A stretch of 64,000 nucleotides of DNA from an uncultured Candidatus Micrarchaeota archaeon (GCA_963741095.1 CAVUGN010000002.1:64001-128000); one strand, 5' to 3'; shown: positions 38,784 to 48,691, numbered from the stretch's first letter. Notes: a model not told the origin generated them from the sequence alone. Translations and numbers: made by a program.

Positions 38784-39677
38784 ATGCTAGAAAAATTAAT
38801 AAGTCTCCTTGTTCTTTCCGTGACGCTCTCACAGCAGGCAATTTACGGTGTAGCTCTCGGGGCGGTGCAAGGCATCTCAGAATGGCTGCCGATAAGCAGC
38901 AAGACCCAGATAATAATACTCGCAACGTACCTGCTACACCTGTCATTCAACGACGCCTACACCTTCGGGCTCTTCATGGAGATTGGCACGATATTTGCCG
39001 CGATAATCTACTTCCGCAAGGAAGTCGTCTCGATGATAATGAGCGTATTCGGCAAGGGTGGCAAAGAGGCAAGGTTCCTGCTCAAGTATGTCGTGATATC
39101 GACAATATTCACGGGAATCGTAGGCAGCGTGCTCTATCTGTATGTCAAATCGTTGCAAGGCACGTACAACGTCGGCATACCGATGCTCATCCTCGGGGTA
39201 ATACTGATCGGCGATGCGATTTTCATAAAATACTCCAGATCGAAGTATGCAAAGAACGCCAACAGAAGGACCGTGGAACAGATGGGCTTCAAGGATTATG
39301 CGATAGTCGGCATCGTACAGGGCATAGCAGCGTTGCCGGGAGTCAGCAGATCCGGAACAACAACCAGCGCGCTTTTGCTCCTCAACGTGGAAACTGACGA
39401 GGCGTTCAGGCTTTCATTCATAAACATGATATTAGCAACAAGCGGCGCGGTTCTGCTCACACTGGTTGTGAGCAAGGCCTCGGTATACTCGAGCATAGCT
39501 GCGTTAGGCATCTACGGGCTGCTGATATCAATAGTGGTTGCGACGCTCATAAGCCTGGCCTTCATAGGATTTCTGTTAAAAATTGCGAAGAAATCCAGCA
39601 TAATCTACCTGATATCTGCGCTGGGCATAATCGCAATCCTAGGCGGCGTGCTCGCCGCGTTGTACGGGGCCGCATAA
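38784..39677 (+). CDS. uppP: undecaprenyl-diphosphate phosphatase (BacA/UppP family)
   Basis: QGISEWLPISS, QGIAALPGVSRSG.T, AFRLSF. Confidence 0.92.
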   Translation: MLEKLISLLVLSVTLSQQAIYGVALGAVQGISEWLPISSKTQIIILATYLLHLSFNDAYTFGLFMEIGTIFAAIIYFRKEVVSMIMSVFGKGGKEARFLLKYVVISTIFTGIVGSVLYLYVKSLQGTYNVGIPMLILGVILIGDAIFIKYSRSKYAKNANRRTVEQMGFKDYAIVGIVQGIAALPGVSRSGTTTSALLLLNVETDEAFRLSFINMILATSGAVLLTLVVSKASVYSSIAALGIYGLLISIVVATLISLAFIGFLLKIAKKSSIIYLISALGIIAILGGVLAALYGAA

Positions 39678-39702
39678 TGCCGAACTTCAGACTGGCATAC
39701 CC

Positions 39703-40503
39703 TTAATTATTAACAAGATCGAACGGTACCGCCGGCGGCCTTTCCCTCCTTTTTACAAGCGCGTATACCACTACAATTATCACAATGCCAATCACTACGT
39801 ATGGCAAGATGCTGCCTACGGAGAAAGAGCTGTTCGTTGATGCTATTGTCGTTGTTGCGAGAACCGTCGTGGAAGCCGCTGCTGTTGTCGTGAGCACCGT
39901 CGCAATAGTGGTGCCCGGCGCTGTCGTAGTAGAGACCGGAATCGTCGTTGTATTTAAACTTCCGGCCTTGATAACATCAAAAGTCAAAATCGCCAGAAGC
40001 GCGGTGTTGGATGCGGCATCTGATTGATTTAAGAATAAGCCCAATCTGAAATCATTGCCCAATAATGCGGCCGGGCTTGCATTGATCGTAAGTACACCCG
40101 AAAAAGGCGCGGTCCCCGAAGCTTTGCTCAGGTTGATTGTCAGACCTTTTTTCATAAATCCAATATGGTGAACCCAAACCGTGACATTCGAGGTATTTTT
40201 ATCAAAACTGTTGTTGATTGTGTAATCTACATTCGCACTGCCCCCTGCAATAATTTTTAGGTAGTCCCTTGAGAACGTTGTGTTTTGCGCCATCGGTATT
40301 CCTACCGTCGATATTGTTGTCGTAGTAGTAATAACGGTGGTACTTGACTGGGTCGTTGTCAGAGGGGCGCTTGAAATTGTTGTGGTAGGCGCCGCCATAA
40401 CGGCATGCGTATTGGAAGCCAGCATCATCAATGCGAAAAGCAATATTGCCGCACAGAATAGCTCACGTAATGCCACCGTCTCACTAAGATTTCTTAACTG
40501 CAA
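39703..40503 (-). CDS. Thr-rich cell-surface protein (signal peptide, Ig-like domain, C-terminal TM)
   Basis: Two poly-Thr linkers around a beta-rich domain; TM followed by KRR. Confidence 0.75.
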   Translation of the reverse strand: MQLRNLSETVALRELFCAAILLFALMMLASNTHAVMAAPTTTISSAPLTTTQSSTTVITTTTTISTVGIPMAQNTTFSRDYLKIIAGGSANVDYTINNSFDKNTSNVTVWVHHIGFMKKGLTINLSKASGTAPFSGVLTINASPAALLGNDFRLGLFLNQSDAASNTALLAILTFDVIKAGSLNTTTIPVSTTTAPGTTIATVLTTTAAASTTVLATTTIASTNSSFSVGSILPYVVIGIVIIVVVYALVKRRERPPAVPFDLVNN

Positions 40504-40599
40504 AGGAATATAACTCTTTTTTAAGGCCGGTTACCTGGAAAACCATAGAAAGCCTTGGAAAGGCAAATGCATATCAAGGTTTGATCTTCAAATCAGACC

Positions 40600-40824
40600 A
40601 TGCGAATAAACGTTACGGTAACCCCGAATGCCCGGATTCCCGTCATCGTGAAAGGAGAAGACGGCAGCTACCGGGTGAAGGTAAATGCTCGTGCATCGGA
40701 CGGCAAAGCGAACATCCGCCTGATAGAAATGCTTGCAGACCACTTCAACGTCTCAAAATCACACGTGCGGATACTAAAAGGCCTTAGCAGCAGAAGCAAG
40801 ATCGTGGAGGTCATTGATGCCTAA
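40600..40824 (+). CDS. DUF167 (UPF0235/YggU) protein
   Basis: V.VTPNA, DGKAN..LI..LA..F.V.KS.V.I.KG..SR.K. Confidence 0.9.
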   Translation: MRINVTVTPNARIPVIVKGEDGSYRVKVNARASDGKANIRLIEMLADHFNVSKSHVRILKGLSSRSKIVEVIDA

Positions 40825-40828
40825 TCAA

Positions 40829-41731
40829 TCATCCCAGCACACTTTTCACTCTGCCAGCGGCGAATATCCTCGGCATCGCTTTCCTTATGAGCAGCACCTC
40901 CGTTCCCACCTCTGCCGGCAGCTTCGCTTTGAGATCAAGCTCAACCACATTGCCATCGACCTTGGTCACCGCACAATCGCTGAATCCGAAGCCCATGACG
41001 AGCCTGTACTGCGCGCCCTCCACCATCTTTTCCACAGCCATCTTGCTAGTCGTGAATTCGACGGAAATCCTACTGGCCCTACCGACCGGCGTCGCAGTCA
41101 GCAGATCACCTTTTCCGATGTCCTCATGCGATATGTCCTTAAGCGAGACCCCGACCCGCGTGCCCCTGTCGGCAGAAGTGATATCCACATCCTGGCTCTG
41201 AAGGCCCCTAACCACCACGAGCTTGCCTGACGTGTGGTAAAGCTTGTCGTGCTGCCTTATCACGCCCCTGGTAACTATTCCAAGTGCGACGGTGCCCACG
41301 CCCTTGACCGGGAAGCCCTTGTCTATGTCAACTCTTATCGTCCCTTCGCCTGCCGGCTGCGCGCTCTTCCGCACTGCATCCAGCAGTTCGGCCCTCGATA
41401 CCACACGGTAGCCGGACAGGCCCGAACCCTTCAATATCCCTTCCGCGTCGCTGTCATCGGTCAGCAGCAGCGGCCGCCCGAGCAGCGACGCCGCTATCAG
41501 GGCCTCCCCGAATCTCCTATCCATTGCCAAGGTGCTCAGAACGACCTGGGTGGAAAGCAGCAGGGACTGCGCAAGCGCGTAAACCTTCTCGTCCTCCTGG
41601 TTGGGATAGAGCACCACAACGACGTCATTCTCAAGCTTCCTGTTGTAGAAGGTTATGCTATTCTCCGAGCCCTTCTTGCCTATGAATGATGCGAGGTTTT
41701 CATCGACCGGCACTGATATTACTATGTTCAT
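40829..41731 (-). CDS. archaeal SelB-like translation factor with degenerate G domain (aSelBL)
   Basis: IDKGFPVKGVGTVALG, GLQSQD, GTRVGVSLK (EF-Tu domain II); no GxxxxGK P-loop. Confidence 0.8.
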   Translation of the reverse strand: MNIVISVPVDENLASFIGKKGSENSITFYNRKLENDVVVVLYPNQEDEKVYALAQSLLLSTQVVLSTLAMDRRFGEALIAASLLGRPLLLTDDSDAEGILKGSGLSGYRVVSRAELLDAVRKSAQPAGEGTIRVDIDKGFPVKGVGTVALGIVTRGVIRQHDKLYHTSGKLVVVRGLQSQDVDITSADRGTRVGVSLKDISHEDIGKGDLLTATPVGRASRISVEFTTSKMAVEKMVEGAQYRLVMGFGFSDCAVTKVDGNVVELDLKAKLPAEVGTEVLLIRKAMPRIFAAGRVKSVLG

Positions 41732-41759
41732 AAAATCCTTTGCAAATCTCAATGCGATT

Positions 41760-42482
41760 TCACGGTATGAGCGAAGTGAGCACGTATATCAGCAGGACGC
41801 CAAGCCCCATGAACAGCATCATCTTCCAATAGGTGTGCTTGTGGGTCTCCGGCAGCAGGTGCGACGCGCCGATGTAGAGGAACTCCCCTACGAAGAAGGC
41901 GAGCAGCAGCGCCAGCGCCCCCTCGCCTATGTTGACCGCAGAGGTGAACACCACTCCGACGACCGGGGCAAGCGCGTCCATGATCAGGAAGAGCTGCGTC
42001 CGAAGCAGTTTCTGCTTGTTCTTGAGCATGAGCGTGACGGTGTTTATCCCATCAGTGAAATCGTGGAATATGACCGCAAAAGCGACTATGAGACCCACCG
42101 AAGGGTTCACGGCATAGGCTGTGCCTATCGCAACTCCGTCAAGGAAGCTGTGGATAACAAGGCTGCTAGCGCCTATGGGGCCCATGATGTGCCCGTGCTC
42201 GTCATTCTCATCGTAATGGTGCGTCAGCAGTACCTTCTCCAGGAAGCTGTAGATCAGATAGGATATCACGACAACGGTGAGAACCGTCCTCACCGGTAGG
42301 TCTATCGAGCTCGCTATGCTCAGGCTCTCGGGAAGTATGTCAAAAAACGCGATTGAGATGAGGCTGCCAGATGCAAAGGCGAAGAAGTAGGGCAGGACTC
42401 TCCTGTACTTGACTGCCACTATGCCCCCGATCATGGTCGAAAAGAAAGTTATTGTCGCCAGAACAATCAAGATAGCCATCAT
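41760..42482 (-). CDS. ZIP family metal transporter
   Basis: HSFLDGVAIG, HDFTDG, His-rich loop, LLPETH. Confidence 0.92.
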   Translation of the reverse strand: MMAILIVLATITFFSTMIGGIVAVKYRRVLPYFFAFASGSLISIAFFDILPESLSIASSIDLPVRTVLTVVVISYLIYSFLEKVLLTHHYDENDEHGHIMGPIGASSLVIHSFLDGVAIGTAYAVNPSVGLIVAFAVIFHDFTDGINTVTLMLKNKQKLLRTQLFLIMDALAPVVGVVFTSAVNIGEGALALLLAFFVGEFLYIGASHLLPETHKHTYWKMMLFMGLGVLLIYVLTSLIP

Positions 42483-42522
42483 GCATACCACACATAAAAG
42501 ATTTCCTTGCTCCCCGGCAAGA

Positions 42523-43839
42523 TCAGACCTTTATCACCGGAGACAGATCAGTGACCCCAAGCTTCTTGCAGGTTTCGTCCGGATTATCATAATAGTTCTT
42601 TACCATCTCGTTTATGCTCTTCATGTCCCTCTTGCCGAGCTGGTTCATCTTTTCAAGAATAACCGCGCGCACCTTCTCCTCGCCGAGTATGTCCGAAGGC
42701 GGAACCCCTAGAAGCTTGGCCACCGTGTCCCTGTAGGTGACGCTGGGCAGTATCGGGGATCCCTTGAATGTGCGGTAATCAAACTTGTAAAGATCGGATA
42801 GGAGCACCTGTGTTTCAATGCCCGATACCTCTGACACCTGCGTTACCGCCCTGAACGGCTTGCCACCCGTGTAGACGAGCGACACTATGACGAGCGCGTC
42901 TATCACCGGTATTATGTCCCTCGGCACGTTCATCGGCGTGTGCAGCAGCCTGTTCACCATGTCCCTCGTGGATGACGCGTGTATGGTGCCCATCGATATC
43001 TTTCCGACATTCATTGCTGTTATCATGTCGTTCGCTTCTGCGCCTCGTATCTCCCCTATTATTATCATGTCAGGCCTCATCCTGAGGGCGTTCTTCACGA
43101 GGTCCTCCATGGGCATGTCTTCGGTCGTTTCAAGCCTGACGCAGTTCTCCTGCGTTTCGGTGTCCAGCTCGTAGGTCTCCTCTATGGTGACTATGCGCTG
43201 CTCCGGCCTGAAGAAGGAGAACATCGCGTTGAGCAGCGTCGTCTTTCCCGCCGCGGGCATTCCGCCGATGAGCATGTTAGCCGGCCTTACCTTCAACCCG
43301 TCGACATAGAGCCAGAGCCTGGCCGCCATGTCGTAGTTCAGTTCGTTCCTGTTTACCAGGTCAAGTATGCTGAACGGCGATTTCTTGAAATTCCTAACCG
43401 TCACGTCATAGCCCAACGGCGAGGATATTATGTTGACCCTGCTGCCTGTCGGCAGGTGCACGTCAAGTATGTTGCCCTTGGACGCCTCATTGGTCGCGTA
43501 GAGCTTGAGCTTGTCCACGAAGCGGTCCAACTCCTCGGTGTTGTTCATGGTCTTGTCAAGCTTCTTGCACCCCTCGCTAGAGGTCTGCACGAATATGTTG
43601 CTGGTGTTGTTTATCATTATGTCCTCGACGTCATCGCTCACCAGCATCTCATTTATGGGCGAAAGATCGCTCATGTCGGTTATTATCTCCTGAACTTGTT
43701 CATTGGTCACTTCAATAGAAAGAGCCTTCACGACCGAAGTTATCAGGTAGTTCCTTTCCTCGACGGAGCGCAAATTCACGAACCTGCCCTTCAGCCTTGC
43801 CAATACGGCATTCTCCAAACGGCGTAGTTCCTTGTCCAT
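42523..43839 (-). CDS. type II/IV secretion or pilus ATPase (CpaF/VirB11/FlaI family)
   Basis: VEDIMIN, GMPAAGKTT, TIEETYEL, LRMRPD..I.GEIRG, GTIHA. Confidence 0.92.
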   Translation of the reverse strand: MDKELRRLENAVLARLKGRFVNLRSVEERNYLITSVVKALSIEVTNEQVQEIITDMSDLSPINEMLVSDDVEDIMINNTSNIFVQTSSEGCKKLDKTMNNTEELDRFVDKLKLYATNEASKGNILDVHLPTGSRVNIISSPLGYDVTVRNFKKSPFSILDLVNRNELNYDMAARLWLYVDGLKVRPANMLIGGMPAAGKTTLLNAMFSFFRPEQRIVTIEETYELDTETQENCVRLETTEDMPMEDLVKNALRMRPDMIIIGEIRGAEANDMITAMNVGKISMGTIHASSTRDMVNRLLHTPMNVPRDIIPVIDALVIVSLVYTGGKPFRAVTQVSEVSGIETQVLLSDLYKFDYRTFKGSPILPSVTYRDTVAKLLGVPPSDILGEEKVRAVILEKMNQLGKRDMKSINEMVKNYYDNPDETCKKLGVTDLSPVIKV

Positions 43840-43886
43840 GCCATCAAGCTAGATAATAAAACAAGGCAAACTATAAAGATGTTGCA

Positions 43887-45083
43887 TCATGTGCTGGGGA
43901 GTATGGCGTCTATGACGAAGTTCGGGTCATAGGGCACGAGCGCGTCATAGCCTTCGCCTGTGCCGAAGAACAGCACGGGCCTGCCCGTCGTGTGCGCGAT
44001 GGAGAGAGCGCCGCCGCCCTTCGCATCGCAATCAAGCTTCGTGAGTATTATCCCGTCGATGTTCATGAACTTGCCGAACTCCCTTACCTGTTCGGATATC
44101 ATGTTGCCTGCCGTGCTTTCGCCGACGAATATTATGAGATCGGGCTTCGCCACCCGCACCATCTTCTTCATCTCGTCTATGAGGCTCTTGTTGGTCTCCT
44201 GCCTGCCCGCGCTGTCTATCAGCACCGCATCGATGCCGTGCGCGGTGGCGTAGGCTATCGCGTCGAATGCAACGCTGGCCGGGTCCGAACCGTAGCTGCT
44301 CCTTATGACCGGCACGCCTATCTTGTTCGCGTGGTGTTCTATCTGCTCTATTGCTGCGGCCCTGAAAGTGTCGCTTGCGGACAGGACGTTGCTTATCCCC
44401 GCGTTCTTGAATCTGTAGGCGAGCTTCGCTATGGTGGTGGTCTTCCCGGTCCCGTTAGGCCCCAGGAAGAGTATCTTTACCGGCTTGCGGCCTTCCGATA
44501 TCCTGTCCTTCATCAATTGCATCATATCAAAGTTCTTTGTGCTTGTCAGCACGGAGAGCAGGGAGTTCCTTATCATGCCGGTGACCTCGCCCTCTATGTT
44601 CCTGGAGCTGACCGGCGTCTCTTTAAACCGTTTCTGGAGATCTGCCAAGAAATACTCTGTTGTCTCGTAAGAGACGTCTGACTGCAGCATCGAGACCTTC
44701 ATCGCATCCAGAAACTTGTCTATGTCGGAGTCGCTCAGCTTTACCGTACCCACGAAGACGCTTTTTATCTTCGTCTTGAGCGACAGATTGATCAGGCTAT
44801 CCTTGCGCTTCTCTGCCGGTTCCGCGGTTTTTGCCTGCGTTGCCGGAGACGGCTGCGCCTTTTCAACGAGTTTCTCGACAACCTTCTCGGTTTCAGGAGC
44901 AGCGACTTTTATCTCTTCTATCTTGACCGGTTTTTCGACTTTTACCGGAGCCACCTTGACCTCCGGGGCGATCTCGGGCGTCTTCTCGGCCACAACCTGC
45001 GGCTTCGCCTCTATCTCCGCTTTCTCGGTTTTTATGAAGGAACTGACTGCGTTTTTCAGCTTCTTTTTCAGTTCATCAAACAT
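43887..45083 (-). CDS. ftsY: SRP receptor FtsY
   Basis: GPNGTGKTTT, DTFRAAA, DSAGR, TKLD.DAKGG. Confidence 0.96.
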   Translation of the reverse strand: MFDELKKKLKNAVSSFIKTEKAEIEAKPQVVAEKTPEIAPEVKVAPVKVEKPVKIEEIKVAAPETEKVVEKLVEKAQPSPATQAKTAEPAEKRKDSLINLSLKTKIKSVFVGTVKLSDSDIDKFLDAMKVSMLQSDVSYETTEYFLADLQKRFKETPVSSRNIEGEVTGMIRNSLLSVLTSTKNFDMMQLMKDRISEGRKPVKILFLGPNGTGKTTTIAKLAYRFKNAGISNVLSASDTFRAAAIEQIEHHANKIGVPVIRSSYGSDPASVAFDAIAYATAHGIDAVLIDSAGRQETNKSLIDEMKKMVRVAKPDLIIFVGESTAGNMISEQVREFGKFMNIDGIILTKLDCDAKGGGALSIAHTTGRPVLFFGTGEGYDALVPYDPNFVIDAILPST

Positions 45084-45091
45084 GGATATAC

Positions 45092-45514
45092 CTACCTGAT
45101 GGCCTTCTCCATCTTGTACGATATGTCGATAAGCGCGTTCTGCAGGTCCTTCCTGTTCTTGGCCAGGCCGTTGAGCAATTCCGTCCTTTTTGTCATCACT
45201 CTGCTGATGTAACCCTTCGCCTCTTCGATGTTCTTCTCGACGAGGTAACCCCCGCCTATGCTCACTATCACCGCGCCGGCGTTCTTCACCTCAGTCTTCA
45301 TGTACACGCTGGCGCCGACGTGCATCAGCGTCTCCTTGCCCTTCATCATCTCGCTGTTCTCCAGGGTGTTCTGCACCGCGCTCAGCATCTGTACCTCCTG
45401 CAGGCGCATGTTCATCGTGTTGTTAAGCACAGCGTACTGGTTCTGGTAGATCTGCTGCATGTACCTGAGCTCTTCGATACCTTCCGCATTTTCTCTCTCT
45501 TCATTTTCGGCCAT
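45092..45514 (-). CDS. pfdA: prefoldin alpha subunit
   Basis: VGASVY, VIVSIGGGYLVEK; conserved position upstream of ftsY. Confidence 0.92.
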   Translation of the reverse strand: MAENEERENAEGIEELRYMQQIYQNQYAVLNNTMNMRLQEVQMLSAVQNTLENSEMMKGKETLMHVGASVYMKTEVKNAGAVIVSIGGGYLVEKNIEEAKGYISRVMTKRTELLNGLAKNRKDLQNALIDISYKMEKAIR

Positions 45515-45561
45515 GAACGCACCCTTACTAATTCCACGCTTGCATTTAAGTGTTTACCGCA

Positions 45562-46233
45562 CTATTCCGAACCCAACCCGTCCATTATCCGCTGCAGCTC
45601 GTAGCCCGTCGTCTCCTCCCCGGCAATCACTGCCTTCGAGTTCGCTATCACCGAAAGCCCCACGTAAAGGGAACCCATGTTCGCGGTCGTCTTCTCCGAC
45701 CGGAATCCGCACCAGTTCTCGATCTTTTCCTTCTCCTGATCGGTGCACCTGTTGCTCACGACCAGGCCCTTGTTCGTGAGTATGTTGTTCGCGCCCACGG
45801 TCCTGAAACCTCCTATCTTTGCCTCGATGACCTCGACGCCGAGCGTGTCCCCTATCTGCTGCTTCGCTCTCAGGTCGTAATCGGAATTGACTATCGCTAT
45901 CTTGTCGTTGCACAGCACGTTGCTGCCTATCGCGTTGAGGTCGCTTTCTATGGTGCCTATGTTGATGCCCAGGCCCGATCTCTTCAGCACCTCGACCTCA
46001 TCATCCATCATCAGGCTCGACACCACTATGCCGTTGGAATTCGCCCTTGCGAACAATCCAACAAGGTCGGAGCCGGACACGGACATCTCGACGACCTTCG
46101 CTCCAAGCACTTCGGACATGATCTTCTTGTTGTTGTCGGTCAGCCCGCTGCCCACGAAGACCAGGTTGTCGGACGCAGTTGCAAAAACACCAACGTAGCC
46201 GCTACCCTTGATATTGTACTTGACCGATTCCAT
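45562..46233 (-). CDS. eif6: translation initiation factor 6
   Basis: GVF, LVG...NSNG, NDK, TANMGS..VG. Confidence 0.93.
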   Translation of the reverse strand: MESVKYNIKGSGYVGVFATASDNLVFVGSGLTDNNKKIMSEVLGAKVVEMSVSGSDLVGLFARANSNGIVVSSLMMDDEVEVLKRSGLGINIGTIESDLNAIGSNVLCNDKIAIVNSDYDLRAKQQIGDTLGVEVIEAKIGGFRTVGANNILTNKGLVVSNRCTDQEKEKIENWCGFRSEKTTANMGSLYVGLSVIANSKAVIAGEETTGYELQRIMDGLGSE

Positions 46234-46250
46234 AAAAAACGCTTTTAACA

Positions 46251-46580
46251 TTACTTCTTGACTTCCACAGCCTTCTTGGCCGGCTCCTTCGCTGCTGCGG
46301 CCTTAGATTCCTCCTTCTTGGCAGCCTTCTCGACGAACTGCGTCACCGTAGCGACGCCGTTGTCTATGTTGACGTTGACCTTCATCGGCGCCATTGTTTT
46401 CGAGTACTTCTTGAAAATCAGCGTGTTGAGGCCCTGGTCTATCCTGACGTTCCCAGGCTCTGTCTTCGTAAGGTGCGCCACGCGCTCTATCAGGAACTTG
46501 ACGTTCTTGTTTATCCTCTTGGTTCTCGGCTGCGTCGAGAGATACCTTCGTATGTTTATCGTTATCAATCGGTTTTGCAT
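46251..46580 (-). CDS. rpl31e: 50S ribosomal protein L31e
   Basis: ITINIR...PRTKR, V.ID..LN..I; operon position. Confidence 0.85.
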   Translation of the reverse strand: MQNRLITINIRRYLSTQPRTKRINKNVKFLIERVAHLTKTEPGNVRIDQGLNTLIFKKYSKTMAPMKVNVNIDNGVATVTQFVEKAAKKEESKAAAAKEPAKKAVEVKK

Positions 46581-46742
46581 TTAATTCACGTCAAGCTTTA
46601 GCTTGTTCCTCCTCCAGTCCCTGCCGAACAGGTTCGATTGAAGCCTCCTGTGCGTCCTCAGCGATGCAAGAAGCGGCAGCCTCCTGGCACGCTTGTTCCT
46701 GTTTCCCAGCGTCATCTTGAAACTCCTTGATTTCTTCGACAT
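46581..46742 (-). CDS. rpl39e: 50S ribosomal protein L39e (53 aa)
   Basis: Manual translation MSKKSRSFKMTLGNRNKRARRLPLLASLRTHRRLQSNLFGRDWRRNKLKLDVN; not in the ORF track. Confidence 0.9.
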   Translation of the reverse strand: MSKKSRSFKMTLGNRNKRARRLPLLASLRTHRRLQSNLFGRDWRRNKLKLDVN

Positions 46743-46750
46743 ACAACACA

Positions 46751-47062
46751 CTACTTATGCTTAAACGCAATTGTCGGTTCCTTCTTGTATGATATTTTTT
46801 CAAGTATCGACTTCAACTGTGCCTCCGATACCTTCCCTGTCACTCTGTTGGTCTGCACGAGGTTCACGATCAGGCCAACAAGCTGATCGTACAGCTCCGG
46901 GTTCGAGACCCTTATGTTCATCATACGCTCGTAAGCGTTGGGTTCGAGGAACTGCCTCATTATCTCCTTCTTCTGCTGATCTATCTGCTGCTTCCTCATT
47001 GCTTCTGCTACTCTCTTGCGCATCTCCTTTTGGTACCTCTGCTCCTCGTCTTCTTCAGCCAT
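46751..47062 (-). CDS. PDCD5-like DNA-binding protein
   Basis: LEPNAYERM.NIR...P, VSEAQLKSIL; between rps19e and rpl39e. Confidence 0.9.
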   Translation of the reverse strand: MAEEDEEQRYQKEMRKRVAEAMRKQQIDQQKKEIMRQFLEPNAYERMMNIRVSNPELYDQLVGLIVNLVQTNRVTGKVSEAQLKSILEKISYKKEPTIAFKHK

Positions 47063-47075
47063 CGCAAGTACCTCC

Positions 47076-47489
47076 TTACTGCTTGCTGCTGACCTCCTTG
47101 CATATCTTGTCCATGAAGGACTTGCCTGCGGGCGTTATCACTCTTCCCGCCTTTGTGTTTTTCACATAGCCAGCCTTCTCAAGCTCAATCATCGAATCCC
47201 TTATGATGCTGCCTCCAGCCCTGACATGATGCTTCTTGTGCACCACATGCTCCTGCTTCTTTCCGTACTTGGTCCTAAGGCGCGACACGCCGACAGGGCC
47301 GTTCATGTAGACCTGCCTGAGTATCGAGGCGCTCCTCACATACCAGAAGTTCGGGTCGCTCGGAAGTCTTTCCCTTCCAGAGCCCGACTTGACGAAATCC
47401 ATGTAGGCAGGCTTCTTCAGCTTGTCGTGCAGCCTCTCAGCTGCAAGGATTATAACGTCTGAAGCCTTCACATCGTAAACGGTTACCAT
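47076..47489 (-). CDS. rps19e: 30S ribosomal protein S19e
   Basis: MVTVYDV, WYVRSASILR, GVSRLRTKYG, GRVITPAG. Confidence 0.96.
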   Translation of the reverse strand: MVTVYDVKASDVIILAAERLHDKLKKPAYMDFVKSGSGRERLPSDPNFWYVRSASILRQVYMNGPVGVSRLRTKYGKKQEHVVHKKHHVRAGGSIIRDSMIELEKAGYVKNTKAGRVITPAGKSFMDKICKEVSSKQ

Positions 47490-47616
47490 AAGCTCACAAG
47501 CATAAAAGCAGTGACAAACAGCGATACTATTTAGTCGAAAAATCTATTAATACCTTTGTCTTTGTTCTGGAGCATTACCGGCACTGAGATACCGATTGGA
47601 AACGCCCGAAACGCGC

Positions 47617-48588
47617 CTAATTCCTGAAACGCTTAAAATTGCTGCGCCTTTCATGGGGCTTGAACCTTGCTGACGGGCCTCTTTGTGACGGCGGCCTGTC
47701 GCTCCAGGTGCTCTTCCTGTTCTTATCGCCGCTCCACTCCTTCCTTGGTGCGGCTGGCGGCCTGTTGTCCTTTACGGGAGCTGCCGGCTTGCTCTTGCCG
47801 GTCTTCATGTTCCTCATGCTCTTGTCAATGGCCTCCTTCAGCTCCTTGGCTATGAACCTCTTTGAGAATGCATCCGCCCTTGAGGCGATGCTTATCTTCG
47901 TGGCGTATATCCTGGCTATCCTGCCCCTAAGTTCGCGCTTGGCGCCGCCTATCTGCGTCAGTTTGAACAGAACACCGTACTTCGGCGCCTTGCTACCGAA
48001 CTTGAGGTGCTTGAACAGCGCCTTCTCTGCTCCTAGCAATTGCAGCGTGCTCGCAGGCATCGTCGCAAGCCTTTCCAATGAACCAGCTTTGCTCAGCAGC
48101 TCAGCCGCCACCTTCTCGTCCGTCAGATAAGTGATGTTCGGCATCACCCTGTTCGATGCACCTTTCATGTAACTGTCAAGCTCGTCCAGGGCCTCCTTCG
48201 CGTCCTTTCCTAACCTGGCGAATCCCACCAGCGCCCTCCTCTCATTCTCGTTCATCTGCCTCCCCATAGATGAGGATGCCTTTTCGAATATCTCTGCGCT
48301 CTTCCTGTCGTCCTTCAAAACAGCGTTGATTGCTTCTTTGCTAAGCTTGCTCCTGTCGTTGAGCACAAGCGCAAGCTCTGCAAGCTTCTCCTGGTCAGCG
48401 ACCTTCACCTCGGGGTAGTATATGCCGTACCACTCAGAAAGGCGCTCGTACATCAGATTGTAGGATTTCGAGGTCTCAAGGTAGGCGTTTATCGCCTGCA
48501 TGAGCGCGTACTCCTCATTAGCGTAGGCTTCCTTTATCTCGCTCTTTGTCTTGCTGAAGGCCTTTTCCCTCTGCTGCTCGAACGTCAT
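47617..48588 (-). CDS. nop5: C/D box RNP protein Nop5 (Nop56/58)
   Basis: ERLSEWY..YYPE, PASTLQLLGAEKALF, PKYG, RGRIAR; basic tail. Confidence 0.93.
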   Translation of the reverse strand: MTFEQQREKAFSKTKSEIKEAYANEEYALMQAINAYLETSKSYNLMYERLSEWYGIYYPEVKVADQEKLAELALVLNDRSKLSKEAINAVLKDDRKSAEIFEKASSSMGRQMNENERRALVGFARLGKDAKEALDELDSYMKGASNRVMPNITYLTDEKVAAELLSKAGSLERLATMPASTLQLLGAEKALFKHLKFGSKAPKYGVLFKLTQIGGAKRELRGRIARIYATKISIASRADAFSKRFIAKELKEAIDKSMRNMKTGKSKPAAPVKDNRPPAAPRKEWSGDKNRKSTWSDRPPSQRGPSARFKPHERRSNFKRFRN

Positions 48589-48691
48589 TTCTGCCAGAAT
48601 AGCACCGATAATGAATAGTGCACACAATTATAATAAACTCTTTGATGATAACTATACCGGTCTAGTTTTCACCAAGACTGAAGGTATTCTT

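Noticed and set aside
39703-40503. Thr-rich tracts as a tandem DNA repeat or array
   Set aside because: Low complexity is at protein level with varied codons; an ordinary glycosylated linker
45515-45561. Expected rpl18a (LX) between eif6 and pfdA
   Set aside because: The gap is only 47 nt, so the gene is absent here; loss or relocation is common and cannot be judged from this window
46591-46803. 70-aa minus-strand ORF in the track
   Set aside because: Wrong frame; the real gene here is rpl39e at 46581-46742
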